From Heptranchias perlo (Eukaryota): 64,000 bases of DNA. This document shows positions 24,336 to 35,815 of the stretch, one piece after another. Each line of letters starts with the position of its first letter. Position 1 is the first letter of the stretch. The notes under the pieces were generated by a model, which worked only from the letters and a program-made list of their open reading frames with translations, was not told the origin of the DNA and ran no database searches. The translations under genes were made by a program, and so were the position numbers. The stretch covers positions 62,001-126,000 of the forward strand of contig NW_027139436.1 in assembly GCF_035084215.1 (NCBI RefSeq), read 5' to 3'.

Positions 24336-24656
24336 CTTGCATCTTCTTGATCGCCCTCTTCTCCGGCGTTGGCAAACTCTCGTCCTCCACCAAACACAAA
24401 TACTCGACCCCACTCTCCCACTCTGCGGCGGGGACCGTCAGTCTGCTGGAGATCCTTTCTTTATCTCCATTCCTCTCGGGCCCCTGAGTCTTCACCCCAT
24501 CTTCTCGCTCCTTTCCGTCCACCTGCCAGGTTACCCTCACCCCCTCTAAATCACCGTGAAGCACCTCACAAATAATGGTTGCCGTCCTGTTCCTCCAGAT
24601 CTCTTCGAAGGAAGGTTTGCTTAAGGTGACTGAGATGCCGGTGTCCAAACATTGAT
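24336..24656 (-). CDS. IgW: IgW CH5 exon
   Basis: (D)QCLDTGISVTLSKPSFEEIWRNRTATIICEV...W...EYLCLV; 321 nt, phase 1/1, AG and GT boundaries. Confidence 0.95.
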
Positions 24657-25019
24657 CTGGGAGAAATATTATCATTATTATTTCATGATTCCCTCATGGG
24701 ATGTGGGCGTCGCTGGCAAGGCCGCCATGTCTTGCTCATCTCCAGAGGTACAACTGAGTGGCTTGCTGGGCCCCTTCAGAGGGCAATTAAGAGTCGACCA
24801 CTTTGGTGTGAGACGGGAGTCACGTGTAGGCCAGACAGGGGAAGGACGGCAGGTTTCCTTCCCCAAAGGGACGTTAATGAACCAGTTGGGTTTTTCCTGG
24901 TTCACGCTCACTTTTACTGAGACCAACTTTTCATTTCCAGTTTTCACTTTTCAAACTGATTTCAAATTCTCCAACTGCCCTGGTGGGAATTGAACTCAGT
25001 TCTGTGGATTATTAACTGT

Positions 25020-25495
25020 AAGTGTCAGCCTTGGCTCAGTGGGTCGGACCCTCGCCTCTGTGGTCAGAAGGTTGTGGGCCCAGAGCCCCACTCCAGAGAC
25101 TTGAGCCCATAACCCAGGCCGACAATCCCCGGTGCCAGTACTGAGGGAGTGCTGCACTGTCGGAGGTGCCGTCTCTCGGCTGAGACATTAAACCCAGGCC
25201 CCGTCCGCCCCTCTCAGGTGGATCGAAAAGATCCCATGGCACTATTTCGAAGAAGAGCTGGGGAGTTCTCCCTGGTGTTCTGGGGCCAATATTTATCCCT
25301 CAACCAACAGCACTAAAACAGATGATCTGGTCATTATCACGTTGCTGTTTGTGGGATCTTGCTGTGCGCAAATTGGCTCCCGCGTTCCCTACATTACAAC
25401 AGTGACTAAAAGAAAGGACTTCATTGGCTGCAAAGCGCTTTGGGACGTCCTGAGGTTGTGAAAGGCGCTACATAAATGCAAGTGTTTCTTTCTTT
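25020..25495 (+). mobile_element. Full-length Deu-domain SINE
   Basis: tRNA-like head, Deu core, and 3' tail ending in aaatgcaagtgtttctttctttctt. Confidence 0.88.
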
Positions 25496-25646
25496 CTTAG
25501 CCCAGGCCTCTGGATTACTAGTCCCGTCACATTAACCACTACGTTCCCATATCTATGGCGTCAGTGTTGAACTTGTCTGGCCCGAGTAGAGTTTATAGCA
25601 GTGGGGACAAAGGATGTCAATATTGGAGTCAGGCCCAGGACCTTAC

Positions 25647-25964
25647 CTTGAACGTCCTTCACCTCCTGGCTGGTGGTGGAGTTGGTGGGTGGATGAGACA
25701 CTGTACAGGTGAAGACTGAGCCTTTCTTCCACTCCTCTGTACTCACGGTCAGGTAGTGCCTGGCGCTGAAAGTCCTCGCCTGTTCCAGGGCGGTGGGTGC
25801 AGCGCTGGTGTTGGAGGAGATCGGGGAGCCGTCTTTCTCCCAGGAGACGTGTATGAGGTCCGGGTAGAATCCCGTGATCATACACTCGAGTGTGGCCGTG
25901 TTCTTACTCTTGGTCTCTTGGGCTGGTGGAGGCAGCAGTCTGACCGTGGGACTCTTGGGCTCGA
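25647..25964 (-). CDS. IgW: IgW CH4 exon
   Basis: (V)EPKSPTVRLLPPPAQETKSKNTATLECMITGFYPDLIHVSW...FTCTVSHP; 318 nt, phase 1/1. Confidence 0.95.
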
Positions 25965-26054
25965 CTGGAACAGACGGGCAAACAAAGAAAGTGTTAAACT
26001 CTTTCCCCTCAAGGTTATCAAAGGCAGGCCTTTAATTTCTGATCTCTTGCCCAC

Positions 26055-26357
26055 CTTTTGCACTTCTTGTCCGTTTGGACACGGGCGAGGATGAGGAAGG
26101 ACCTTGGGCAGAGCACACGTACTCTACCCCACTGGCCCACTCCATCGCGCTGGTTCGGAGTCGGCTGACGACCGTGCGTTGGGAACCTTCCTCTCTCGGC
26201 CCCTGGGTCACAATCCCTTCACTTCTCTCCTTCCCGTTCACCTCCCAGGAGATCTGGACCTGGCTCGGATCGGCACAGACCACCTCGCACACCAGGGTAG
26301 CAGTGTTGTTGATCCAAACCTCTTCAATAGAAGGATTTCGGATAAAGACAGACATTC
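26055..26357 (-). CDS. IgW: IgW CH3 exon
   Basis: (G)MSVFIRNPSIEEVWINNTATLVCEV...W...EYVCSA; 303 nt, phase 1/1. Confidence 0.95.
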
Positions 26358-26939
26358 CTGGGAATGAGAAAGGGGAAACCTTCAGAAGAATGGACAATAT
26401 CTGGTGTCAAGGGGCTTCAGAATTTTAGGAGAGCCTTTTCTATTGGTGATCAGTGATGGAAGGTCAAGACAGAAGTGACTGTAAACAGTTTTAACCTGAG
26501 TCCTTTTTAACCTGTAATATCTTGGGCTGTTATTGGATCAAACTGGACTGGAGCTAAATTTGTAGCAAATCGAACATTAGCAAATCCCAGGGTTGTTTAA
26601 AATATATCTTGCATTTCTTGGTTTGCATGTTTTGACCGAGAAAACAGAATCAAAGCATCAAGAACTGTCGGGATGCGATTTTAATGCGTTTCCCGTAACC
26701 GTGCCCACTGGATCCACAATGGGGACTGCGATTGAGTTGCGGGGCTGAGCGACATTTAGTTCCAGTGATGTTAATAAAATGCAATCTCAGGTTTGTGGGA
26801 TGGAGCGAGAGAGAGATGCAGACTGGTTAGCAAAAGAAACAATTGGATAAAAGCTTGTTTGCTCAGACACCTGGTGTGAGCTGTGGATTGATTTGTGACA
26901 CTGAGCACACTGAGTCAATGAGGACCCCTCTTCTCCACT

Positions 26940-27360
26940 CGGAGTGAGCCCCGGGATTGCCTCGATTTTAAAATTCTTTCCTCCTGTTCCAATCCCCCCT
27001 CCATGGCCTCGCCCCCCGCCTCCCGATCTCTGTGACATTCTCCAGCCCTACAACCCTCCGAGATCTCTGCCTTCCTCCAACTCTGGGCTTTTGTACATGG
27101 CCCACTCCCTCCGCCCCACTATTGGCGGCCGTGCCTTCAGCCGTCTGGGCCCTAATCTCTGGAATTCCCTCCCTAAACCTCAATGATTTGCCTCCTCTCT
27201 CTCGTCCTTTAAGACCCTCCTTAAAACCTGCCCCTTTGACCTGTCCTAATATCTCCTTCTTTGGCTCAATGTCAATTTCTGTCTGATTACGCTCCTGTGA
27301 AGCCCCTTGGGACGTTTTGCTCCATTAAAGGCGCTATATAAATGCAGGGTGTTGTTGTTC
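26940..27360 (+). mobile_element. L2-type LINE 3' end
   Basis: YNPPRSLPSSNSGLL...GGRAFSRLGPNLWNSLP and the tail ggcgctatataaatgc. Confidence 0.8.
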
Positions 27361-27778
27361 ATGACTCCCTGTCAAGGAAGAACGTTAGTTTGTAACGGCA
27401 GAGCAACCCATGAATCAGAGGAGGTGACAGAAGGTCCCCCCTCTTGCTACTGGTTGGGGATCTTTTCTCCATAACCTGTACTTCCTCCCCGTTTCATGTC
27501 CCTGAGTCATTGGACGAGGAAGAGGAGGATTTATCGAATTCTTCACCCATTATCTCCATTGTCACTCGTCTCCCAAAGGACCAACCTCACGTCAGAGATC
27601 CCACAGCTCTCCGTGTGTTCAGTGCACGATTAACACACACACTCACTGTGCAAATCACAACTAAGCTGTCTGCTTTGGTCCACAGCAGCTGTTCTACCGT
27701 GATATAATGTGAAGTTAACACTTGGGGAGGGACGACTATCTTTGTGTCAGGATCAAAACCTTTAATGAACATCTCGAA

Positions 27779-27828
27779 TCAATTGCTCCGTCTGCAGTTG
27801 GAGCCGATGTTCAGCAGACCGTGTCTGC
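27779..27828 (-). CDS. Candidate second interspersed IgW secretory exon (G)RHGLLNIGSNCRRSN-stop
   Basis: Acceptor cggtcctctcag in phase 1, compatible with CH2; one Cys; ATTAAA 13 nt after the stop (27761-27766). Confidence 0.4.
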
Positions 27829-27939
27829 CTGAGAGGACCGTGTCTTTTATTAAATTAAGATGTTATCTCCCCCTTCTGTTTGAACAAAATGGTCAGCAAC
27901 TTCCTTCCAAAATTTGGGATTGGTCACATTAAAGCTTCT

Positions 27940-28320
27940 CACCGTATCCAGTCAATGATTTGTAAACTTAGGTTTAATATACACCGTTTATAGTCAATGA
28001 TTTGTGAACTTTGGTTTAATATACACCGTTTATAGTCAATGATTTGTAAACTTTGGTTTAATATACACCGTTTATAGTCAATGATTTGTAAACTTTGGTT
28101 TAATATACACCGTTTATCGTCAATGATTTGTAAACTTTGGTTTAATATACACCGTTTACAGTCAATGATTTGTGAACTTTGGTTTAATATACACCGTTTA
28201 CAGTCAATGATTTGTGAACTTTGGTTTAATATACACCGTTTATAGTCAATGATTTGTAAACTTTGGTTTAATATACACCGTTTACAGTCAATGATTTGTA
28301 AATTTACATTTAATCTACAC
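27940..28320. repeat. 42-bp AT-rich minisatellite, about 9 units
   Basis: Unit GTCAATGATTTGTAAACTTTGGTTTAATATACACCGTTTATA. Confidence 0.93.
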
Positions 28321-28684
28321 TCTGCTGACATTAATTATTGCAGTTTTTGTAAGGTGCTCAGCCCAGCCCTACATTGGTGACCGAGTCTCGAGGTTTAACA
28401 GTCCCTGGTGATGGGTGGTCTCCCATCATAAAACCTCACAGGGTCGGGTGAATTCCCCTTATTATTGTAAAATGCTGATATTGAGTGACAGGAGGTTAAT
28501 TCTGTTTACCCCGTGCGGGGGGGGGGGGGAATTAAAAAGAAACACTTTCCCCCCTCTCTCCGCATCTCCGACAAAGATGCTGGCTCTCCGATGCACTTTC
28601 ATCCCCACGGACACCCTGGGCAGGATTTGAACCCCCCAAACGGGTTTGTAATGAAATCCAACGGCCAATTCAATTCACAACCAA

Positions 28685-28815
28685 TCATTTTATTGTGCAC
28701 ATTTGATGGCGACATTGATATTCGCGCTCGGTCCCATCGGCGAGCATCATATTAAGCTGAGTCTGTTGGATGAATCTCGGCATACACCCAGAACAAGAAC
28801 AAGTGGAGTTCCCAC
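28685..28815 (-). CDS. IgW: IgW-short Cys-rich secretory tail exon, spliced after CH2
   Basis: Strong acceptor ctcttccatttccag, phase 1. Peptide (G)GNSTCSCSGCMPRFIQQTQLNMMLADGTEREYQCRHQMCTIK-stop has 5 Cys, and AATAAA overlaps the last codons. Absent from the ORF track. Confidence 0.88.
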
Positions 28816-29398
28816 CTGGAAATGGAAGAGTTGCAGATTTAAGTGTTAAACATTCTCATCTCCCCCTCCCCTGTGCTGGGAAAGTGGGAGCTCCACACGG
28901 GCCCCTGAACTCTGCTCCGTCCTGAGTTTTTCGGCTGCGAAAGGCTCTCGATCATGGAGACCACGACAAGCTGTTTCACCGTGTCCAGAACAGGAGAACC
29001 AGAGGACACGGCCTGCGCTCGAAGTGGGGGGAGCGGGAGGGCGCGGGGAGGGTCAATTGGGAACCAATATTTCAGTGAGTGAGTGGTCAATCTATGGAAC
29101 AGGCTCCCGAGGGAGACGGTGGGAGCGGAGAGTAAAATCGGGCAAGGGGGTAAATCGGGGAGAGGGGGGGGTCGACCCAATCCAGGCAGTTTCCCCGCCC
29201 CGTGCGTCAGGTTAAATTTACCCCCTTTTAAATGTGGGTTCAATATCAAAACACACAAGACTGAAAATCTCGCCTCTCCCAACGAGGTGGATATTAGGGC
29301 CAGTGGTTAACAGATTGAAGGCCAGGGGTCAGCGCATTAAGTTAATATAAGGTGGAATTCCCCACAGGACGTCCTTTTCCCCCTCAGACACCACTTAC

Positions 29399-29704
29399 CC
29401 CCTCGATACCACATGCTGATCCTCCCATTGAAGTTCGAAGGTGCGTGGGTCACTTCACAAGTGTAGACATCCCTTTCGGTCCATTCCACCGTCGGCACCG
29501 TCAGGAAAGTGACCGTTTCGAAGTCACCGTCTTTTCTCGTGTTTGAAGGGAGAACAACAGCCTCTTGCTGCACTCCGGCTTTCCTCCAGGAAACCTTCAC
29601 AGCGTCGGGATAGAATTCCGATATTACACAGCCCAGGACAGCAGTGGTTTGATTGTAGACAACCTCCAGGGATGGAACAAGGGAGATGAGCTTTGGAGCT
29701 TGAG
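29399..29704 (-). CDS. IgW: IgW CH2 exon
   Basis: (P)QAPKLISLVPSLEVVYNQTTAVLGCVISEFYPDAVKVSW...YTCEVTHAPS; 306 nt, phase 1/1. Confidence 0.95.
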
Positions 29705-30049
29705 CTGGAAGACATTGGAATATTTCAGATGAGGAGATTGTTTTGGCCACAGTGAAGGTGGACTCCATTCCCCAAGTTCGAACCCCGTCATCCTCTCCCC
29801 TCGATACTCAGTCCCATTGACTTTAATGGAACTGATTATCGGGCGTGTCGTATAACGGGCGGCAAATGCGATCCCGCCGATTTTGCGTTCCCCGCCCGTG
29901 TCCAATCTCACGTGATTTCTCGTTGTCCTTTATTTCATTCCCATCAGCACCGCTGGCCGACAGGGATAGAATATATGGGCACGAGAATTCAGGCAGGTTC
30001 TATCGTGCAACGACCTGTGACATTGGTTGGGGGGAAATTACGTGGAGAG

Positions 30050-30470
30050 ACCGGAGAAACTGGGGTTGTTCTCCTTGGAGCAGAGAAGGTCAAGGGGAGA
30101 TTTGAGAGAGGTGTTCAAAATCATGAAGGGTTCGGATAAAGTAAATAAAGAGAAAACTGTTCCCATCGGCGGGAGGGTCGGTAACCAGAGGACGCAGATT
30201 TAAGGTGATCGGCAAAAGAACCAAAGGGGACGTGGGGAAAATCTTTTTGAGGCAGCGAGTGGTTCTGATCTGGAATGCGCTGCCTGACGGAGAAGGTGGA
30301 TTTAATCGTGGCTTTCAAAAAGGAACTGGATAAATACTTGAAGGGAAAAAATTAGCAGGGCTCCGGGGAAAGAGCGGGGGAGAGTGGGACTAACTGGATC
30401 GCTCTTACAAAGAGCTGGCACGGGCTCGACGGGCCGAATGGCCTCCTTCTGTGATGTAACCGATCTGTGA
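30050..30470 (+). mobile_element. CR1/HER1-type LINE 3' end
   Basis: Contains ttgttctccttggagcagagaagg...gtgttcaaaatcatgaaggg and the CR1 3'UTR. Confidence 0.85.
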
Positions 30471-30543
30471 TTCGAAGTTTCCTTGTCCAATTTCACCCCG
30501 ACACCAGTGAAGTTTTAAATGGTAAATAATATCTTGTACTCAC

Positions 30544-30870
30544 GTTTCGGTTCAGGTTTTTTGGGGATGATCTGAGCTTCCACCATCTCGTCCGACTTGA
30601 ATCCCGCCTTGCAAGCGTAGAAGCTTTTGGTTTTCCAATCTGAGGCAGAGACTTTGAGCACAACGCTCATTGTGTACTTCATGTTTTGCCCCAAGGCTGC
30701 CGGATATTTCTTGATTCCGGTGGAGATGTCTCCACTGTCAGTGGACCATATCTGACTGATGCTCTCGGGCCGAAAGTCCTTGACCAGACACAGGAGGCTG
30801 ATCTCATCTTGGTCGGAGCTCGTGCCGCAGTAAGGGTTGGCGATGTAGACGGAGGGTGCGGACTGGACAT
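30544..30870 (-). CDS. IgW: IgW CH1 exon
   Basis: (D)VQSAPSVYIANPYCGTSSDQDEISLLCLVKDFRPE...W...FYACKAG. The extra N-terminal Cys is typical of light-chain linkage; 327 nt, phase 1/1. Confidence 0.95.
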
Positions 30871-31869
30871 CTGAAAGGTAAATAGGTGCAGACGGATAAG
30901 TCCAGTCAACAAATACATTACAGGCGTCCGCAGCAGGAGGGATTTTGTTCTGTATAAAACCAGCCATTTCCGAAAACGATTACACTGCTACGCAAGGGGC
31001 TTATGTTTTGAAGTCTTGAGCGCATAATCTAGGCCGACACTCCATTCCACCGCTGAGGGAGTGCTGCACTGTCGGAGGTGCCGTCTTTCGGGTGAGACGT
31101 TAAACCGAGGCCCTGTCTGCCCTCCCGAAACCAATTCATGTTTCCCATATAACTGTTAGCACCAGATGACAGGAGTTTACAGAAATGGAAGGATTTGGCA
31201 CCAAGTTATTCGAATAACGGAGACTTGTTTTGGGGTGACATTGATCGGGAGATTGAAATCCCAGAGAGTCTCACACAAGTGACAGGCATAACCTGGTGGG
31301 AATGGTAATCTGGGTAAGAGGGCAAATAGGACCCGTAGAGATACATTGTGGAAGAGGTTACGAGTTCAAATCCCACCACGGCAAGTTGGGAAATCAAGGC
31401 CATTCAATCTGGCGATTTCTGGGCTGGCACCAGATAAAATGACCTGGTCAAAAAAACCCAACTGGTTCATTAAAGTTCTTGAGGGAAGGGAATCTGCCGC
31501 CCCTCCCTGGTCTGGGCCTACACGTGACTCCAGTCCCACACACCACATGGCTGACTCTTAATCCCCCCTCAGGGCAACTAGAGGTGGGAAATAAATGGCG
31601 GCCACACTGGCCGAAGGAATTAGAAAGAAAATGTGAGCTGAGGTGGTGGAGGTGCAACGAGATGAGGTCAAGGACAGGAAAGCAAGAAGGCAATTAATGG
31701 CTGTTGTTACTGAACTCAGACACAAGGCGAAGATTGGAAGGGCAATAGTTTGACCGGACAGAGAGATGTGAACAATGACACAATGTTCATCACAGAACGT
31801 TCAATTCCCCAGATTTTGACCGGGGATCTTGCTGGAAAACTAAGGAGCAAGTGTGGAGATTGGGCAGGA

Positions 31870-33150
31870 TAGAGATGGCGCGAGAGTAACAGAGGGAGAC
31901 AGGGAGAGATAGAGATGGAGAGAGAGTAACAGAGAGAGACAGGGAGAGATAGAGATGGAGAGAGAGACAGGGAGAGATAAAGATGGAGAGAGAGTAACAG
32001 AGAGAGAAAGGGAGAGATAGAGATGGAGAGAGAGTAACATAGAGAGAAAGGGAGAGATAAAGATGGAGAGAGAGTAAGAGAGAGACCGGGAGAGATAGAG
32101 AGGGAGAGAGAGTAACAGAGAGAGATGGGGAGAGATAGAGATGGAGTGAGGGAACAGAGAGAGAAAGGGAGAAATAAAGATGGAGGGAGAGTAACAGAGA
32201 GAGAAAGGGAGAGATAGAGATGGAGAGAGAGTAAGAGAGAGAGACAGGGAGAGATAGAGATGGAGAGAGAGTGACAGGGAGAGATAGACATGGAGAGAGA
32301 GTAACAGAGAGAGATGGGGAGAGATAGAGATGGAGAGAGAGTAACAGAGAGAGATGGAGAGAGATGGAGATGGAGAGAGAGTAACAGAGAGAGAAAGGGA
32401 GAGATAGAGATGGAGGGAGCGTAAGAGAGAGATGGGGAGAGATAGAGATAGAGATGGAGAGAGAGCAACAGAGAGAGACAGGGAGAGATAGAGATGGAGT
32501 GAGAGTAACAGAGAGAGAAAGGGAGAGATGGAGAGGGAGAGATAGAGATGGAGAGAGAGTAAGAGAGAGAGACAGGGAGAGATAGAGATGGAGAGAGAGA
32601 CAGGGAGAGATAGAGATGGAAAGAGAGTAACAGAGAAAGATGGGGAGAGATAGAGATGGAGTGAGGTAACAGAGAGAGAAAGGGAGAGATAAAGATGGAG
32701 GGAGAGTAACAGAGAGAGAAAGGGAGTGATGGAGATGGAGAGAGAGTAAGAGAGAGAGACAGGGAGAGATAGAGATGGAGAGAGAGTGACAGGGAGAGAT
32801 AAAGATGGAGAGAGAGTAACAGAGAGAGATGGGGAGAGATGGAGATGGAGAGAGAGTAACAGAGAGAGATGGGGAGAGATAGAGATGGAGAGAGAGTAAC
32901 AGAGAGAGATGGGGAGAGATGGAGATGGAGAGAGAGTAAGAGAGAGATGGGGAGAGATAGAGATAGAGATGGAGAGAGAGCAACAGAGAGAGACAGGGAG
33001 AGATTGAGATGGAGAGAGAGTAACAGAGAGAGACAGGGAGAGATCGAGATGGAGAGAGAGTAACAGAGAGAGACAGGGAGAGATAGAGATGGAGTGAGAG
33101 TAACAGAGAGAGACAGGGAGAGATCGAGAGGGAGAGATAGAGATGGAGAG
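31870..33150. repeat. Purine-rich (GA)-type compound repeat in the J-C intron
   Basis: Units of the form GGGAGAGATAGAGATGGAGAGAGAGTAACAGAGAGAGA. Confidence 0.95.
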
Positions 33151-33691
33151 AGATTTCCAAGTTGTGCAGGATTGTTGAAATCTTGTTTTTTGGGATAAAA
33201 CTGGAAAATACAGAAAGCTGCAAATAATAATGTGTAAAAAAAGTGACTATTTCCAGTTGCATTTTGAAGAATCCGTTTTCTCAGTGACCAATGTTCATCG
33301 TTCCATAAAAAAACTGCACTGTTGGGTTAATGCGCGTGATTGACAGGGATAGAAAGGAGGGCGGGAGAGAGGAATTCTCTCTTTCTCTCTCCTTATTCTT
33401 TTCGATTACACAGGCTAAAACTGACGGTGTCGGAGCAGTAAATCACTCATCTAATTCTGGCCCTTGGCGATACAGCTTCTGTTAATCAGACACACAAACC
33501 AATCCGTACTTTAGGGAAAGTGTCACAGAACAGAAACCAGAAGATACGGTGCCTGATACACAATCTGGAAACACCCAGTATCCACTGACGGCTTCTCAGG
33601 GTTTGAAGTGACTCATGAAGGGGAGATCCAGTCGGCGGTCTTGGGAATCTTGCTATTTGTCATTGATATGAGCGGCTTAGGGACATGGGAA

Positions 33692-33959
33692 TTGGTGGAC
33701 CGAGAAAGACCAAGGGCCGTCTGGTTCCCCTTCTCCCACCCTGGTCGCCGTGTGATACGATGATAATGGAGTTGTTGACTAATCAGAGCAATCGATCTCC
33801 ATCAATTAGTCTCCAACAGACCCAGACATGAGGTGAGGAAAACCCCCAGTGGTGGAGAGCTTTGGGGAGCCATTGGTCCAAAGTCACCTGTTCCTCCCGA
33901 GCCCTGTTCCACTTCCCGCACCTCATGTCCCCAAATTACTCGTAGACTCTCTCCCCAAA
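33692..33959. repeat. 268-bp dispersed repeat, copy 2 (J-C intron)
   Basis: Near-identical to 21479-21746. Confidence 0.9.
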
Positions 33960-34199
33960 TGTTATTTTCTGGAAAAGGTTCTCCTGAGAATTCCCCTCAA
34001 GTTTGCCTGTTGTACAGGAAAAGGAGGCAGTGGAAATGGGGAAAAATATAGCTGGATACGGGAAGACTGGGAGCCTGGAAGCTATTAATGAGCTCGTTAT
34101 TTTTACCAGTGGGGTATTAATGAGCTCCCCCACTGGTATCAAATCACTTTGTTCACTAATTAATGGGTGACTGCATCCACTGAAATAGGGGACAGGGAA

Positions 34200-34552
34200 C
34201 GGTGAGGGAGTGCTGCATTGTCGGAGGTGCCGTCTTTCGGATGAGACGTTAAACCGAGGCCCCATCTGCCCCTCTCAGGTGGATGTGAAAGGTCTCACTG
34301 CACTATTGGAGGAGGAGCAGGGGAGTTCTCCTCGGTGTCCCGCCCAATATTTATCCTTCAACCAACATCACTAAAGCACAGATTATCTGGTCATTATCAC
34401 ATTGCTGTTTGTGGGATCTTGCTGTGCACAAATTAGCTGCAGCGTTCCCTACATTCTAACAGTGACTGCACTTCAACAAGTCCTTCACAGGCTGTAAAGC
34501 ACCCTGGGACGTCCTGAGGTCATGAAAGGCGCTATATAAATGCAAGACCTTT
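34200..34552 (+). mobile_element. Deu-domain SINE, 5'-truncated
   Basis: Deu core and 3' tail. Confidence 0.85.
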
Positions 34553-34999
34553 CTCTCACAACCACTTTTAATGCACGACAACCAATCCTGGTTAATATAA
34601 TAACAAAGGAGATTTGAAATCTTAGCCAGTGGGACAATAAAGGACGACATGGAATTGGTCCCGCACTTCCTTGTCTGCTGAACTAAGAACGAGCAGCTCA
34701 TTAGGAAAGTAAAGCTCGAGAACACATCAGGAACGGAAAGTAATTTGGCTCAGAATCGAAACCCGGACCAGTCACTGACTTCAAAATGAAGGAAACATTT
34801 ATTCAGTCGCTGAGCGTCACCGAATATTTAAATTCAGCAAAGCTTGTATTTCTTTCAGAGATAATAACTGACGAGCAGACTCCCACAATTAGGACCCCAG
34901 AGAACGCTCTCTGTCGATTTGTTTTGTGTTTCTGTTTTCGAATCAAACTGCAGCAATTTGCTTTAACATCGAAAGAACGACATGTGTTCAAAGTATCTG

Positions 35000-35815
35000 A
35001 GCTGGGAGTGTTTGATGGGACAGTGTAGAGGGAGCTTTACTCTGTATCTAACCCTGTACCTGCCCTGGGAGTGTTTGATGGGACAGTGTCGAGGGAGCTT
35101 TACTCTGTATCTAACCCGTGCTGTATCTGCCCTGGGAGTGTTTGATGGGACAGTGTAGAGGGAGCTTTACTCTGTATCTAACTCGTGCTGTACCTGCCCT
35201 GGGAGTGTTTGATGGGACCGTGTAGAGGGAGCTTTACTCTGTATCTAACCCTGTACCTGCCCTGGGAGTGTTTGATGGGACAGTGTAGAGGGAGCTTTAC
35301 TCTGTATCTAACCCATGCTGTACCTGCCCTGGGAGTGTTTGATGGGACAGTGTAGAGGGAGCTTTACTCTGTATCTAACCCATGCTGTACCTGCCCTGGG
35401 AGTGTTTGACGGGACAGTGTAGAGGGAGCTTTACTCTGTATCTAACCCGTGCTGTACCTGTCCTGGGAGTGTTTGATGGGACAGTGTAGAGGGAGCTTTA
35501 CTCTGTATCTAACCCGTGCTGTACCTGTCCTGGGAGTGTTTGATGGGTCAGTGTCGAGGGAGCTTTACTCTGTATCTAACCCGTGCTGTACCTGCCCTGG
35601 GATTGTTTGATGGGACAGTGTCGAGGGAGCTTTACTCTGTATCTAACCCGTGCTGTACCTGCCCTGGGAGTGTTTGACGGGACAGTGTAGAGGGAGCTTT
35701 ACTCTGTATCTAACCCGTGCTGTACCTGCCCTGGGAGTGTTTGATGGGACAGTGTAGAGGGAGCTTTACTCTGTATCTAACCCGTGCTGTCCCTGCCCTG
35801 GGAGTGTTTGATGGG
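35000..35815. repeat. 67-bp satellite, about 12 units, in the J-C intron; same family as 59095-60860
   Basis: Unit CCTGCCCTGGGAGTGTTTGATGGGACAGTGTAGAGGGAGCTTTACTCTGTATCTAACCCGTGCTGTA. Confidence 0.95.

Noticed and set aside
22136-26357. IgNAR or IgM assignment of the constant region
   Set aside because: There are six C domains with a light-chain-binding CH1, a conventional VH with full FR2/CDR2, and a Cys-rich short tail, which all indicate IgW. Similarity of CH3-6 to IgNAR C domains is expected homology.
27587-27772. ORF MFIKGFDPDTKIVVPPQ...VICTVSVC as an extra Ig C domain
   Set aside because: It is too short, lacks the Trp and second Cys spacing of a C1 domain, and has no convincing splice sites.
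29337-29398. CH2 read-through tail GKWCLRGKRTSCGEFHLILT as a secretory tail
   Set aside because: There is no nearby poly(A) signal, and a better dedicated secretory exon lies at 28685-28815.
31716-33262. Long Leu/Ser-rich and Arg/Glu-rich ORFs (also 6489-7638, 15946-16909, 19662-20486, 36177-37574)
   Set aside because: These are translations of (CT)n/(GA)n microsatellites and N gaps.
31870-35815. Switch-region-like repeats in the J-C intron
   Set aside because: The transcribed non-template (minus) strand is pyrimidine-rich, which is unfavourable for R-loops. The AGCT-containing 67-bp satellite also occurs outside the gene (59095-60860), so it is not intron-specific.
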